IMG/VR virus record: IMGVR_UViG_3300032053_000048
Location: 1-64,000 of that record
DNA from: a virus
DNA length: 64,000 bases
Reading direction: 5' to 3' (one strand)
Shown: positions 42,738 through 52,579 of the stretch, piece by piece
Position numbering within the stretch: the first letter of the stretch is position 1
Layout: the number at the start of each line of letters is the position of its first letter
Translations under genes and position numbers: made by a program
Notes under the pieces: generated by a model
The model's input: only the letters and a program-made list of their open reading frames with translations
The model's database searches: none
Told to the model about the DNA's origin: nothing

Positions 42738-44978
42738 ATGAAAAAATACTTTATCATCTTGTTTTTGGTCTGTGCGTTTTCGGTTAATGCTCAGAACACT
42801 CATATAACATCGGGTATGTCAGCAAATACCTTCATGACTACTGTTAATACAAATCTATCGAAATATGAGGAATATTTTGGATTTCCCTTTGTAAGTACAT
42901 TGACTCTCAGGGACCCAAATTATATTTCAAAACTTAACTACAATATGGATACCCTGAGTTCTCTTTGTAGTGTTTTATACACTCCAATCACTATTGGAAT
43001 GAGTGGTAGTTCTGTAAGAACAATAGTAAATAATGCTTTCGATAGTTATGTTGCTTCCAGTTTTTATCAGGCAAATGTTGCAAGATGGGATAATGACGCA
43101 AAGAACTTTCTATCAGTTACTGGAGTTCAGACTAATGATTTCATAACCAGAGAATGTGTTAATGATCATGTCAAGATGCTTAAAGATAGTTCTCTATGGA
43201 CCAAGTTCTTAGTACTATATCCCTTAATTAAAGATAACGCAACACAACAGAAGTGGAATCTCAAAGACCCTCAGAATACCGATGCAGCTCATAGGTTAAC
43301 TTATCCTTATCCTGGACTCACAACCTATTCTGATAAGGGTTTCGCAATGACTGGTGGTGCTTGGGCTGATACAAAATTCACATCTGCAGATCATCTTAAC
43401 AAGAATTCAAAGACGATTTTCTCTTACATACAGCCAACGTCAGTTTATACAAGCATGGTCATAGGAAGTGGGAACTATGAAAAGGTAACTCCAACTGCCG
43501 GTAATCTTACAACTCAATTTAATCTTTCGACATTACAATGGTATGCTCCAACATATTATTTTGATATGAAAGGCTTTTGGTGTGCAACCAGAGCTGATAA
43601 GGATACTGCAAAATTATTTCATAATACTAATCTGCTTTATAAAATCTACTATCCTGATACAGCAAGATACAATCCGTCTGACCCTATGCTTCTCGCAGCA
43701 AATGTTGTTACAACATCTTATGCTGGTATTGGTACAGGACTAACAACTCCCGAGACCAAGAAATTTTATAATGTTATCGAATATTTTGAGTCATGTATAT
43801 TAAGAAGTGTTAATCAGAATTTCCCCCCCTCAGATAGTGCAAGTTATAAGGCAATCTTAACAGTTAATCCAGCACCAGGCGAGACCTATAGTTTCAGTAT
43901 GGCAGGAAAATCAACCTATGGTAAATCAGTCAGGGTTTATTTTGGCGATGGGAATATGGTTATTCTCCCGAGAGACAACCAATTGCATTATGTAATAAAT
44001 ACATATCAAAAATCAGCAACTTACACTATAACCGTTATGTATCCACTTGGTTTAGATCAATTGGCATGGAATGAAGGGGGGATTACAATGACCACTGATT
44101 TCGTAAATAAGATAACTGATCTAAGGGTGCTTAACACTGCTTGGGATGGTTTAAAAGGTTCGGCTGACTTAACTAATCTTACAAAACTTGAATGGGCTTA
44201 TGTGGGTTCAGCTCATACAGGTTCTATCACCAACTGGACAAGTTTAAAGACACTTATCACTTATAACAACTGTACCCTCAGTGGAGATATAACAAATCTA
44301 ACAACTATCACAAATCTGTATATTGATGGTAAGAATACAATAACAGGTAGCACCAATCTTTTAACAAAGTTACGTCAGCTTGAGGGAATGAATGGTTATT
44401 CTACTGTATCAGGAAGTATAGTTTCTGATTCTATTCGGATAGTTTGTCTGGCTGAGTTAAATAATTTAAATTGGGATATATCTAACAAGTATAAACTTGG
44501 TTATTTATCAGTTGGAGGGACTGGAAGTGCAACCTTACATGGAAGTGTAACTAATGATACAATGCTTTTTTATATTGGAGTTGGTGGAACAGGTTCATCT
44601 GTAACAGGGAGTCTTGCAAATTTAAAAAATCTTGCTCTGTGTTATCAATCTAATTATGATAAGCCTACGAGATTCATAAACAATCCACAACTCTGTTATT
44701 TTGAGGGTAATCCTTCATATACATGGACCTCAGCTGAGATTAATCAGTTACTTGCCGATCTTTGGGCGAATAGAGATGTATTTAGAAGACCTGTAGATGC
44801 ATATGGTAATTATTGGCCCAATATAGGTGGAATTGGAGGAATAAGATATATTAATTTACTTGGTTCACAAAGTACTGGTGCGCCTACAGGTCAGGGTCTA
44901 ATTGACTTACAGAATCTAAGGAACTATATAACTCCACCAAATTATTATAATACTACCTGGACCATACTTACAAGGTAA
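42738..44978 (+). CDS. Signal-peptide protein with lectin-like module and leucine-rich repeats
   Basis: MKKYFIILFLVCAFSVNA|Q; LKDSSLWTK...WNLKDP module; VYFGDG; repeated (L/I)xG(D/S)xxNLxxL units. Confidence 0.7.
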   Translation: MKKYFIILFLVCAFSVNAQNTHITSGMSANTFMTTVNTNLSKYEEYFGFPFVSTLTLRDPNYISKLNYNMDTLSSLCSVLYTPITIGMSGSSVRTIVNNAFDSYVASSFYQANVARWDNDAKNFLSVTGVQTNDFITRECVNDHVKMLKDSSLWTKFLVLYPLIKDNATQQKWNLKDPQNTDAAHRLTYPYPGLTTYSDKGFAMTGGAWADTKFTSADHLNKNSKTIFSYIQPTSVYTSMVIGSGNYEKVTPTAGNLTTQFNLSTLQWYAPTYYFDMKGFWCATRADKDTAKLFHNTNLLYKIYYPDTARYNPSDPMLLAANVVTTSYAGIGTGLTTPETKKFYNVIEYFESCILRSVNQNFPPSDSASYKAILTVNPAPGETYSFSMAGKSTYGKSVRVYFGDGNMVILPRDNQLHYVINTYQKSATYTITVMYPLGLDQLAWNEGGITMTTDFVNKITDLRVLNTAWDGLKGSADLTNLTKLEWAYVGSAHTGSITNWTSLKTLITYNNCTLSGDITNLTTITNLYIDGKNTITGSTNLLTKLRQLEGMNGYSTVSGSIVSDSIRIVCLAELNNLNWDISNKYKLGYLSVGGTGSATLHGSVTNDTMLFYIGVGGTGSSVTGSLANLKNLALCYQSNYDKPTRFINNPQLCYFEGNPSYTWTSAEINQLLADLWANRDVFRRPVDAYGNYWPNIGGIGGIRYINLLGSQSTGAPTGQGLIDLQNLRNYITPPNYYNTTWTILTR

Positions 44979-44995
44979 TTAATATAAATCCTGCT

Positions 44996-45370
44996 ATGAC
45001 AAAAATAATCAAAACATATCCTCAGAATTACAAAGGAGTCAACGGCAAGCAGGTTGAGCTTGGGCTCTCCGCTACTCATTTGCAGTGGAGATATCGGGAG
45101 CAGTCTGAGAATATATCAAACATAGATTATTCCTGGCATAATCTCGTACTACTTGATGATATCAAGGGAGCTGACGGGGAGATGCCTCCTCCAGAAGATA
45201 CATTAATATACAGGACAGGCGGGAAGATCACGCAGATAGTGAAAGAAACGAAGACAATAAACCTCACATATACGGATGGAGTGATCACAAGGGTAGAGGA
45301 TGGCACATACAGGAAAGATATTATCAGAGTTGGTGGTTTAATAACAGAAATACAGGTATCAACAATATAA
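44996..45370 (+). CDS. Hypothetical structural protein
   Basis: VELGLSATHLQWRY...LDDIKGADG motif resembling fibre-related proteins. Confidence 0.55.
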   Translation: MTKIIKTYPQNYKGVNGKQVELGLSATHLQWRYREQSENISNIDYSWHNLVLLDDIKGADGEMPPPEDTLIYRTGGKITQIVKETKTINLTYTDGVITRVEDGTYRKDIIRVGGLITEIQVSTI

Positions 45371-45389
45371 ACTTTAAAATCGAGATATT

Positions 45390-47063
45390 ATGGCAATTTC
45401 AGCAGGTGATGTGTCCGTTGCAGCAAACGGTAACATCAGATGGACAGGTGGGGCAGCAACCTATACGGTGCTTGAACTTCACAGATATTTACAGGACCTC
45501 GCAGACCAGGCGGCTGCTTCCGGGGATGATCTTGTTGACATAACAAGTTCAACTCCCTCAGAGCGATCGACAGATAACATTATTACCCTTCTTGGGGCTT
45601 TTAACATAGACGATACTATGGCAGAGCATCTATACGATGGTTCTATATCTCAGGGTTCAGGAGCTATCCTATATTCCGGGCTTGTCGTAGTGGGTTCTGT
45701 TTTTGGGACTACAACACTCCAGATAGTTCAGGATAATACATTGTATAAAGGTGATACACCATTCTGGGGTACTGGACTTAATGCCGATGCCACACAGAAT
45801 ATCCTGATGAGGTGTTTGATCAAGACAAGAACAGCTTCGGCAGATGTTGATGGTAAGAGAATCAGGATATTTGCCCGGGAGTGGACTCATACCTACGCAG
45901 AATTCTCGGTAACAATGGGACTTGGTAACTCAGTTGCTGCTATTTTTACAAACAGTGATCTGAATAACCAGACAGCATCAGGAACGGTTGCTACATGGAC
46001 CACGATTACAAATACTGAAGGTTATCAGACCATTGATCTTGGTAATGGGAATGGTCCCCAGCCTTACTTCTCACAGTGGAACAGGGCTACATATACGATC
46101 AATCAGCTTTACGAGAGAGCTAAGTATATCACCCGGAGGGGAACTACTGAAACCATTCATGGTATGGATGGCGAACTTTTCAGGGGGATAACCCATCAGT
46201 GGGCGTTTGATAATGAAGGTGGTTCGGGAACTCAATATACAGAGGACGAAATATTATCCTGGGGGACAGGAATTACAGCTGGCTCGGCAATTCTTCTTGC
46301 ACTTAACGATACTGGTGCTGCCGGTACAGTATGGGTGCAGCTTACAAAGGGCGTACCCCCAACAGATAACATGGTCGTAACGGGTGCTACATCAAATCAC
46401 ACAGCCCAGGTACAGGGAAGCGTTACATCAAGATCACTCTCTCCTGTATTCCTTGGTTCCTCAACCGGTTCCGCAATCATTGGAGCATTTGGTATCGGTA
46501 TAGAATCTGCAGACCTGACAGTTAATGATAAGCTTACAGACTTGCTGAACGTACTTCAGCAACCGCCAAACAATGTGTCATTCACAGTAACAGGATTATA
46601 TTATACACCTGGAACTCCTGACCGGGTTCTTGTTGCACCTGCATCGGGAGGAGTAATCCTTTACAGTCAGATGACCCTTAACGGAGCATTAGGTGGAGGT
46701 GAATCAACAATAACTGTTCAGACAGGTACGATTCCCGCAGATACGCCTTCTACTGGTACGATAAGAGTTTTATCAACAGCAGGCGTTTATACAAGAGTAA
46801 CATATACCGGTCATACAACAAGTTCATTTACCGGCTGTACTGGTACTCCTGCTGCAAGTAACGGAGCCAATGTGTTTATATCTTACATTGATGCAGCTGC
46901 CACTGCTACTGCGATGTCTGTGACAGTAGTTTATAATGCTGACAGGGATTTATTCGTTAGAGTAAGAAACGGAGGGGCTGCTCCTATAAAAACCTTTGAA
47001 TCTCCGGCTCAGATCAAGAGTACAAACCAGTCTGTTGCTGCTATCAGGACCTCAGACTTATAA
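45390..47063 (+). CDS. Putative virion structural protein
   Basis: 557 aa, G/T/A-rich beta protein in the late operon. Confidence 0.65.
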   Translation: MAISAGDVSVAANGNIRWTGGAATYTVLELHRYLQDLADQAAASGDDLVDITSSTPSERSTDNIITLLGAFNIDDTMAEHLYDGSISQGSGAILYSGLVVVGSVFGTTTLQIVQDNTLYKGDTPFWGTGLNADATQNILMRCLIKTRTASADVDGKRIRIFAREWTHTYAEFSVTMGLGNSVAAIFTNSDLNNQTASGTVATWTTITNTEGYQTIDLGNGNGPQPYFSQWNRATYTINQLYERAKYITRRGTTETIHGMDGELFRGITHQWAFDNEGGSGTQYTEDEILSWGTGITAGSAILLALNDTGAAGTVWVQLTKGVPPTDNMVVTGATSNHTAQVQGSVTSRSLSPVFLGSSTGSAIIGAFGIGIESADLTVNDKLTDLLNVLQQPPNNVSFTVTGLYYTPGTPDRVLVAPASGGVILYSQMTLNGALGGGESTITVQTGTIPADTPSTGTIRVLSTAGVYTRVTYTGHTTSSFTGCTGTPAASNGANVFISYIDAAATATAMSVTVVYNADRDLFVRVRNGGAAPIKTFESPAQIKSTNQSVAAIRTSDL

Positions 47064-47075
47064 TAACTTGTAGCT

Positions 47076-48938
47076 ATGGCTGCTCCTGTTTACGGTCACG
47101 ACCTCACAGATTGGATTGCTGACAGTGATACTACTGCCTGGGGTGAACTTGTTAATGCCATTTCAGGTGGTGCGCCTGACGAAGCAGATACAGAAAGTGC
47201 TTTACAGGCAACCAACAGTTGTTCACAATCTTGTAATACTACAGGACTATGTTCTATGTGCAGGATACTTGGCAGTCCTGTTACCTTATCTTCTGGTCAG
47301 GTATTTCTTGTATGGCATGGTCATGGTGTTGCTACAGCTATGCTTAGTTATGCTTCTGGAGGTTTAAGGCTTGCAGTTGCCGGAAGTACTCTTACAGATT
47401 GGAAGGCATGGGCAGTAGGGGGTAATGATGTACCACCTTTCCCCTACTCTAAATGGGTAAATAACCCTATTGACCCAACATTAACTGCGGAATATACAAA
47501 TGGTACTCCACCAACAGGAGGGACGAATATTTATGGAGTTGGAAGTATGTGCCAGTTAAGTGCAGCAGTTGCGAAAGGTCAACCGCATATTGTAGATATA
47601 ATCAGATATGGCAGGGCAGAGGCAAGGTTCAATGCAGGAGACTCAGGTACTCCCGCTACATTTACAGGTTTTGCTACATCTAATGATGCTCAAACAGCAC
47701 GTTGGGGATTGATACAGGCGGTTGCTGGGGGATTCCAATGGAAAGGACTGATGACCCTTGGGTATAGTGCTACAGCGGTTTATATGACTGATAGCAACAA
47801 GACAATATTTATTCAGGACTGCAGAAAGGTATCCAGTACATTCAATAAGATAGAGGTCAGGGTTGCAACGAGTGTCATTAACTGGACAAACATGACATTT
47901 AATAATGTTGCCCCTTCAACAAATGCTTCCAAGGGTGATTTCGCAATGATTGATGCTGCCGATGTAAACATAGAATCATGCTCCTTCATTGACATGGGAA
48001 CATTCGTATTCCTATCATCAGCAGCTATCAATAAGTCATTATTCCTAAGATGTGGTCAGGTTACTCATGGAGGAGCCGATTTTGATTCCTGTATATTCAG
48101 TGGTTATGAGGGAACTGCCGATACAGGTTATCTGGTCTATAATGTTAATGCCGACCCGGACGGAGAAATAGATAAGTGTTCGTTTGCAAAGGGTACGGCA
48201 TCAACCCATGCTATCCAATTTGGAACCAATACTCCCAACACAATAACATTAAGAGGAATAGTGTTCTCTGGATATAATGCCTCAAATGGCAATACAGATT
48301 CGACACTCTATTTCCCGGATAAGGGCAGTGATACAACATGGACTGTCAACCTGGTTGAGTGTTCCGGGAATATAAGCTATAAAAAAGCAAGGAGTGGAGA
48401 TACAGTTAATCTTGTTATAAATCCTGTTACTATTGGTATAACTGTAAAAGACCTTATTACTGGAAATGCAATAACATCTCAGGATGTAAGGGTGTTTGTT
48501 TCTGTTGCAAGCGGAGTCAATTACCCATATAATGCCTCTGTAACAATTACTAACTCAGGAACAACCGCTACAGTAGCTCATACAGGGCATGGTCTTGTTA
48601 CTAATGACAAGGTTTGGATTAAGGGAGCCAGTCATTATCAGAATAATGGTGTATTTACGATTACAAAGATTACTGACAACTCATACTCATATACAATGAG
48701 TTCTGCTCCGGGAAGCGACCCAACAGGTACCATAACTTCTACATTTGTCCCATTGGAGGGGTTAACAAATTCAAGTGGATATATAAGTGCATCAAAATCA
48801 TATTCATCTGATCAGCCTGTTACTGGATGGGCGAGGAAATCATCAGGTACTCCATTGTATAAAACGGGTGCTATTTCAGGTGATATTGATAATGTTGCAG
48901 GAGTTCAGTTGACGGTTTTACTTGCTAAAGACGAATAA
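47076..48938 (+). CDS. Putative virion structural protein (beta-helix-like region plus FCCH-like domain)
   Basis: Repeating xxCxF units; ATVAHTGHGLVTNDKVWIKG...NGVFTIT near the C-terminus. Confidence 0.65.
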   Translation: MAAPVYGHDLTDWIADSDTTAWGELVNAISGGAPDEADTESALQATNSCSQSCNTTGLCSMCRILGSPVTLSSGQVFLVWHGHGVATAMLSYASGGLRLAVAGSTLTDWKAWAVGGNDVPPFPYSKWVNNPIDPTLTAEYTNGTPPTGGTNIYGVGSMCQLSAAVAKGQPHIVDIIRYGRAEARFNAGDSGTPATFTGFATSNDAQTARWGLIQAVAGGFQWKGLMTLGYSATAVYMTDSNKTIFIQDCRKVSSTFNKIEVRVATSVINWTNMTFNNVAPSTNASKGDFAMIDAADVNIESCSFIDMGTFVFLSSAAINKSLFLRCGQVTHGGADFDSCIFSGYEGTADTGYLVYNVNADPDGEIDKCSFAKGTASTHAIQFGTNTPNTITLRGIVFSGYNASNGNTDSTLYFPDKGSDTTWTVNLVECSGNISYKKARSGDTVNLVINPVTIGITVKDLITGNAITSQDVRVFVSVASGVNYPYNASVTITNSGTTATVAHTGHGLVTNDKVWIKGASHYQNNGVFTITKITDNSYSYTMSSAPGSDPTGTITSTFVPLEGLTNSSGYISASKSYSSDQPVTGWARKSSGTPLYKTGAISGDIDNVAGVQLTVLLAKDE

Positions 48939-48939
48939 A

Positions 48940-49113
48940 ATGATACCAGACGGAATGTATAGAGTGGTCTGTTCGCATTGCGGAACTCCATTCATAGTGG
49001 ACAAACATGAGGCTTTTTTTAGCCCCGAAAAATGCCCTGGCTGTAACTTTGAGATTATTATGCTGGAAGTACCAGATGACGGTTCAAGAGTGGTTGCAAT
49101 AGTAGAGGCATGA
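48940..49113 (+). CDS. Small zinc-ribbon protein
   Basis: CSHC...CPGC; ATG 1 bp after the upstream stop. Confidence 0.6.
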   Translation: MIPDGMYRVVCSHCGTPFIVDKHEAFFSPEKCPGCNFEIIMLEVPDDGSRVVAIVEA

Positions 49114-49400
49114 AGAACAGGGAGCAGCTTGAGCAAGAAATAGTCTTGTTGAACTTACAGGTGAATAATGCCATTGCTGAGATAAGGAGGCTTATTAATG
49201 ATAATAATGTTCTGAGGAATCTTTATAATACTGAGGCTGGTCGGACAAAACAATTAAAGGACCAGGAGGTGATTAAGAATGATATTATCCAGAAACAGAT
49301 GGATAGGTCCAATGCTGAAAATAATAGATTGCTTGAACAGATAGAATTTCTGACAAAAAAACTAAGGGGATATGGCTATAACGATAAATTGGGCGACTAA
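49110..49400 (+). CDS. Coiled-coil protein
   Basis: Heptad L/I pattern; ATGA overlap with the upstream gene. Confidence 0.6.
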   Translation: MKNREQLEQEIVLLNLQVNNAIAEIRRLINDNNVLRNLYNTEAGRTKQLKDQEVIKNDIIQKQMDRSNAENNRLLEQIEFLTKKLRGYGYNDKLGD

Positions 49401-49902
49401 GGTAATATCGATACCAAAGAATTACCTCACTCTTATCTCCGGTACATTATATGAGCTGGACACAGAGCAGTTCCGTAGTGATCTTAAAGACTTGGAGGAT
49501 GGAGCCGAGGGTATGGTATATCCTGATACCCACCGACATAATACAGAGGTTACAGTTGCCGGTGTTACTTATGCCAGGGTTATAGAGATTATAAACGGAT
49601 ATTCTATCACTTTTGAAGATGATCATTACACTGTGCGACTTGCAGGGTCGAATAATAACATTTTCGATGTTGAAAATGGGATACTTAATCAGAATAGTGT
49701 CAGTGTTATCGCCGGAAACTCTGCAGGGTTAATTGTTAAGACTGTTGGTTCAGGAGTGACCGAGCAGGATAAGCTTGATATTGCAGACAGGGTACTTGAT
49801 GAGATTGCTGCAGACCATGAGGGTGTTGGGAGTGTAGGCAAGATACTTAAAGATACGAAGGCAGGGGTTGATGATGCACAGGGATTGATTCTCGCAATAT
49901 AA
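49372..49902 (+). CDS. Putative virion structural protein
   Basis: MAITINWATKVISIP...YARVIEIINGYSITFE; last gene before the terminator. Confidence 0.65.
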   Translation: MAITINWATKVISIPKNYLTLISGTLYELDTEQFRSDLKDLEDGAEGMVYPDTHRHNTEVTVAGVTYARVIEIINGYSITFEDDHYTVRLAGSNNNIFDVENGILNQNSVSVIAGNSAGLIVKTVGSGVTEQDKLDIADRVLDEIAADHEGVGSVGKILKDTKAGVDDAQGLILAI

Positions 49903-49993
49903 CGGAAAACCCGGACCTGAATCCGGGTTTTCTTTCACTACACATCTGACGGACGAATAGCGGGAGCTTGTCGCTCCAGAGGTTACAAAGATA
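49903..49993 (-). ncRNA. Candidate small RNA with its own -7 promoter box
   Basis: TATCTTTG (- strand, 49986-49993), then a GGAGC-GACAA-GCTCC hairpin, then the terminator; ~80 nt with no convincing ORF. Confidence 0.35.
49905..49935. terminator. Bidirectional intrinsic terminator between late and early regions
   Basis: GAAAACCCGGA-CCTGAA-TCCGGGTTTTC 11-bp stem at the convergence of + and - operons. Confidence 0.85.
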
Positions 49994-50010
49994 GTAAAAA
50001 TATGATTAGA

Positions 50011-50433
50011 TCATAGGTAATTTTTTACTTTCTTCCAATATTCCCACGTCTTAGGACCTGAACCATTCCAGTCCCTTGCGATCTTACCCGGGTCTCTGTA
50101 GCCTATCTCAATGGCATAGTGTAAGAATACTCTCTCTGCTTTTTGATAGTTTAGCATATCACCCAAGGTGTACTTGATTCCGGTTCGCTCGTAATAATCA
50201 TCTAATCGAACCTGCCGTATTTGAAAATACCCATAAGCTTGTTCGATCTTGTTTACTGCGAGTGTATCCATCGCTCCGGTAACAGGATTCCCTACCTCAA
50301 CCATGCCGATAGCATATTTCAGGGATATGTAGGGATTGATACCTTGAGAGGTCTCCAGATAAAGAGATCTCCATTCAGGAGCGAAAACCGTCATAGATAC
50401 CAGTAGTAAAATAACTGTTAAGATTACTTTCAT
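50011..50433 (-). CDS. Secreted lysozyme/transglycosylase-fold protein
   Basis: Signal-like N-terminus; AIGMVE, AYGYFQIR and IARDWNGSG...YWKKVK motifs. Confidence 0.7.
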   Translation of the reverse strand: MKVILTVILLLVSMTVFAPEWRSLYLETSQGINPYISLKYAIGMVEVGNPVTGAMDTLAVNKIEQAYGYFQIRQVRLDDYYERTGIKYTLGDMLNYQKAERVFLHYAIEIGYRDPGKIARDWNGSGPKTWEYWKKVKNYL

Positions 50434-50458
50434 CTTGGTTCTGTATTGGTTACGGGTG

Positions 50459-50466
50459 CAAATATA
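50459..50466 (-). promoter_or_regulatory. Bacteroidota -7 element TATATTTG
   Basis: Exact match 25 bp upstream of the ATG at 50433. Confidence 0.55.
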
Positions 50467-50467
50467 A

Positions 50468-50989
50468 TCATTTTCCCTCTTTTCCTTCTCCGAGCATTAA
50501 CTTTGAGTTCATCAGAGTAATGTCGATCATATTATCAACACTGTCAATAAGCCGGTCCAGAGAGGTATTACTTCCGATCTGGATTTTCAGGAGCAGCGTT
50601 TCTTTCTGAGCAAATAGAGCATCTTTCTTTTTCTGGATTTCGGCCTTTTTTGTTTCGTATTCCTCCTTTGCTTTTAAATAGGCATCAGGATAGATAAAGA
50701 GTTCATTAGCCTGTAATGACACTGAATGATACGTTTCATTATCAGAAGAATATCGGGAATACTTCTCATGCACAAGTGATTCTCCATTTCCTAATCTTAG
50801 AACCCGCTGCCTAACAGCATTTCCTATTTCTTCAATGGACCTCATCTTAACTGAGCCATCAAGTACGGCTGCAACGAGATAATTATTCAGGGAAGGTTCT
50901 TTGGGCTTTCCCTCATCGAGCTTCCTTTCCTCGTCCCTGTAGGTCTGCTCGACTCTTGCGATTAAGAATTTTCTCTGGTCTTGGTTCAT
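50468..50989 (-). CDS. Hypothetical protein
   Basis: 173-aa ORF coupled within the early operon. Confidence 0.65.
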   Translation of the reverse strand: MNQDQRKFLIARVEQTYRDEERKLDEGKPKEPSLNNYLVAAVLDGSVKMRSIEEIGNAVRQRVLRLGNGESLVHEKYSRYSSDNETYHSVSLQANELFIYPDAYLKAKEEYETKKAEIQKKKDALFAQKETLLLKIQIGSNTSLDRLIDSVDNMIDITLMNSKLMLGEGKEGK

Positions 50990-51414
50990 ATCTTCTTGGA
51001 TTGAATTTCAACAATGATCTTGATGTTATCCGGGACACATCTTGCAGCTTCGTTAATCAGACTCCAGAAGGTATTTTGTATAGCAGCTTCATTGGCGATC
51101 TCCCTTTGAGTTTCTTTTTTAGGTGGGTCGTATTCTCTCTTTGGGTCTATCGGTATTTGTTCTTCAACTGACTCCGGTGGAGGACCAGCATCAATGTAAT
51201 CTGCATCCGACTGATGCTTCTTGTTAAAATCCTGAATAGCTCCAAGAGTTGAAGCTCGGAGGCCTTTCAGGTCCTGAATTGGTACCGTAAGGGCTTTCAC
51301 AACAGAAGGCTCTGATAAACCTATCTCTCCGGCGATCTGTTTACGTGTCATTTGCTTGCTATCTAAGAAAGTCTTGCAAATGCGTCTGAATTTGATAATG
51401 TCATCTCTATCCAT
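50986..51414 (-). CDS. XRE-like HTH regulator
   Basis: MTRKQIAGEIGLSEPSVVKAL. Confidence 0.7.
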   Translation of the reverse strand: MDRDDIIKFRRICKTFLDSKQMTRKQIAGEIGLSEPSVVKALTVPIQDLKGLRASTLGAIQDFNKKHQSDADYIDAGPPPESVEEQIPIDPKREYDPPKKETQREIANEAAIQNTFWSLINEAARCVPDNIKIIVEIQSKKI

Positions 51415-51415
51415 A

Positions 51416-52138
51416 TTATTTAGTGTTAAGTATGTGACCTATGATTCCTTCAGTGATTACCGCTCTCTGGAAGGTATATTTCCATACCCAGGGATTTGAT
51501 GGCCATGAGTCAAAACCATGAATTGTTATCCATTTGTTTTGAAACATCGCCACGCAGTTATATTCGGGAGAATCACTGACTCCCTCGCACCAGGCATCCT
51601 CATTGGTGATATCCTGTAGATGCTGTATTTCTACCTTGGTGATCTGAATAAGGTGTCTGGCAGCTCTCTCGGGCATGAATAACTTATTCTGCCATTTGTA
51701 TTGAGTATAACCCCTTTCATAATGGAACTGCCTGAACAGGTCAGTATCCTTGTCGATACCGTACTTGTAGCAGAATCTCTTTGATGGACCGCTGCAGTGT
51801 TCTGGTTCCCACACGAAGAATGGTTCTTTTAGATACAGAAAATCTCCCGGCTGGTACCTTGATCTAACATAAGAGTTATCGAAATAGAACTGATCTCCCT
51901 CGAATAGTCCGTAAGTCCCTTTAAAGGTTACCAACTTCGGCTCTCCATCCTTGTCGCAGATCATTTCTCCATTCTTATCAAGTTTAAAGCAGTCTGTAGG
52001 GTCAGTCTCCATGCCCTCAAATGTAGGTTGCGACCAAAAGGTATAATCCGTATTCGGGAAGATTATCCTCCTCGTCTGTGTCTTGGACCCATTCACAACC
52101 TTGTGGAACAGGTCCTCTTTAAAACATATTCCTTTCAT
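51416..52138 (-). CDS. ASCH/PUA-like phage protein
   Basis: GSKTQTRR, LYLKEP, FMPERAAR, LQDITNEDA..EG and NPWVW motifs. Confidence 0.75.
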   Translation of the reverse strand: MKGICFKEDLFHKVVNGSKTQTRRIIFPNTDYTFWSQPTFEGMETDPTDCFKLDKNGEMICDKDGEPKLVTFKGTYGLFEGDQFYFDNSYVRSRYQPGDFLYLKEPFFVWEPEHCSGPSKRFCYKYGIDKDTDLFRQFHYERGYTQYKWQNKLFMPERAARHLIQITKVEIQHLQDITNEDAWCEGVSDSPEYNCVAMFQNKWITIHGFDSWPSNPWVWKYTFQRAVITEGIIGHILNTK

Positions 52139-52383
52139 TCTTCTATCTCTTTAAATTCAACTTTAATAAACGGCTGTGGTCCATCCGGTAGTGGTCGGCG
52201 AGAAGGAATCCATCGGGAACCATAACGATAGCGATATTTCCCAAAGTGGCCTCCTTTATGTATTGCCATTTCCTTTTTGTGATTCTCAAAGAGTTTCTTG
52301 GCAAAGGAAAGGGCTTTTTTCTCTGTCATTGGGAGCTCAATAGTCCCCTGGTGCGTTTCAGCTTTTAACAGTATTTTCTTCAT
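52135..52383 (-). CDS. Hypothetical protein
   Basis: Basic ORF overlapping both neighbours (ATG at 52383 or 52392). Confidence 0.55.
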   Translation of the reverse strand: MKKILLKAETHQGTIELPMTEKKALSFAKKLFENHKKEMAIHKGGHFGKYRYRYGSRWIPSRRPLPDGPQPFIKVEFKEIEE

Positions 52384-52579
52384 GTCCGTCATTTTTAGTT
52401 AATATTTCAAGTAGTGTTGCCTGGCAGAGCTTGTGTTCCTTTATGAATTGCTTGGCCATCACCCCGAACATATCTATTGATATCGGGAGTGGTAACTTCA
52501 TGGACCGCTTACACCTGTTACACAAGAATCCTCCAGTTACGGGGTCCATCACAAGGTAGTCATACTTTCTTTTTGTCAT
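52358..52579 (-). CDS. Small zinc-binding protein
   Basis: CNRC...H..C ligands. Confidence 0.6.
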   Translation of the reverse strand: MTKRKYDYLVMDPVTGGFLCNRCKRSMKLPLPISIDMFGVMAKQFIKEHKLCQATLLEILTKNDGHEENTVKS

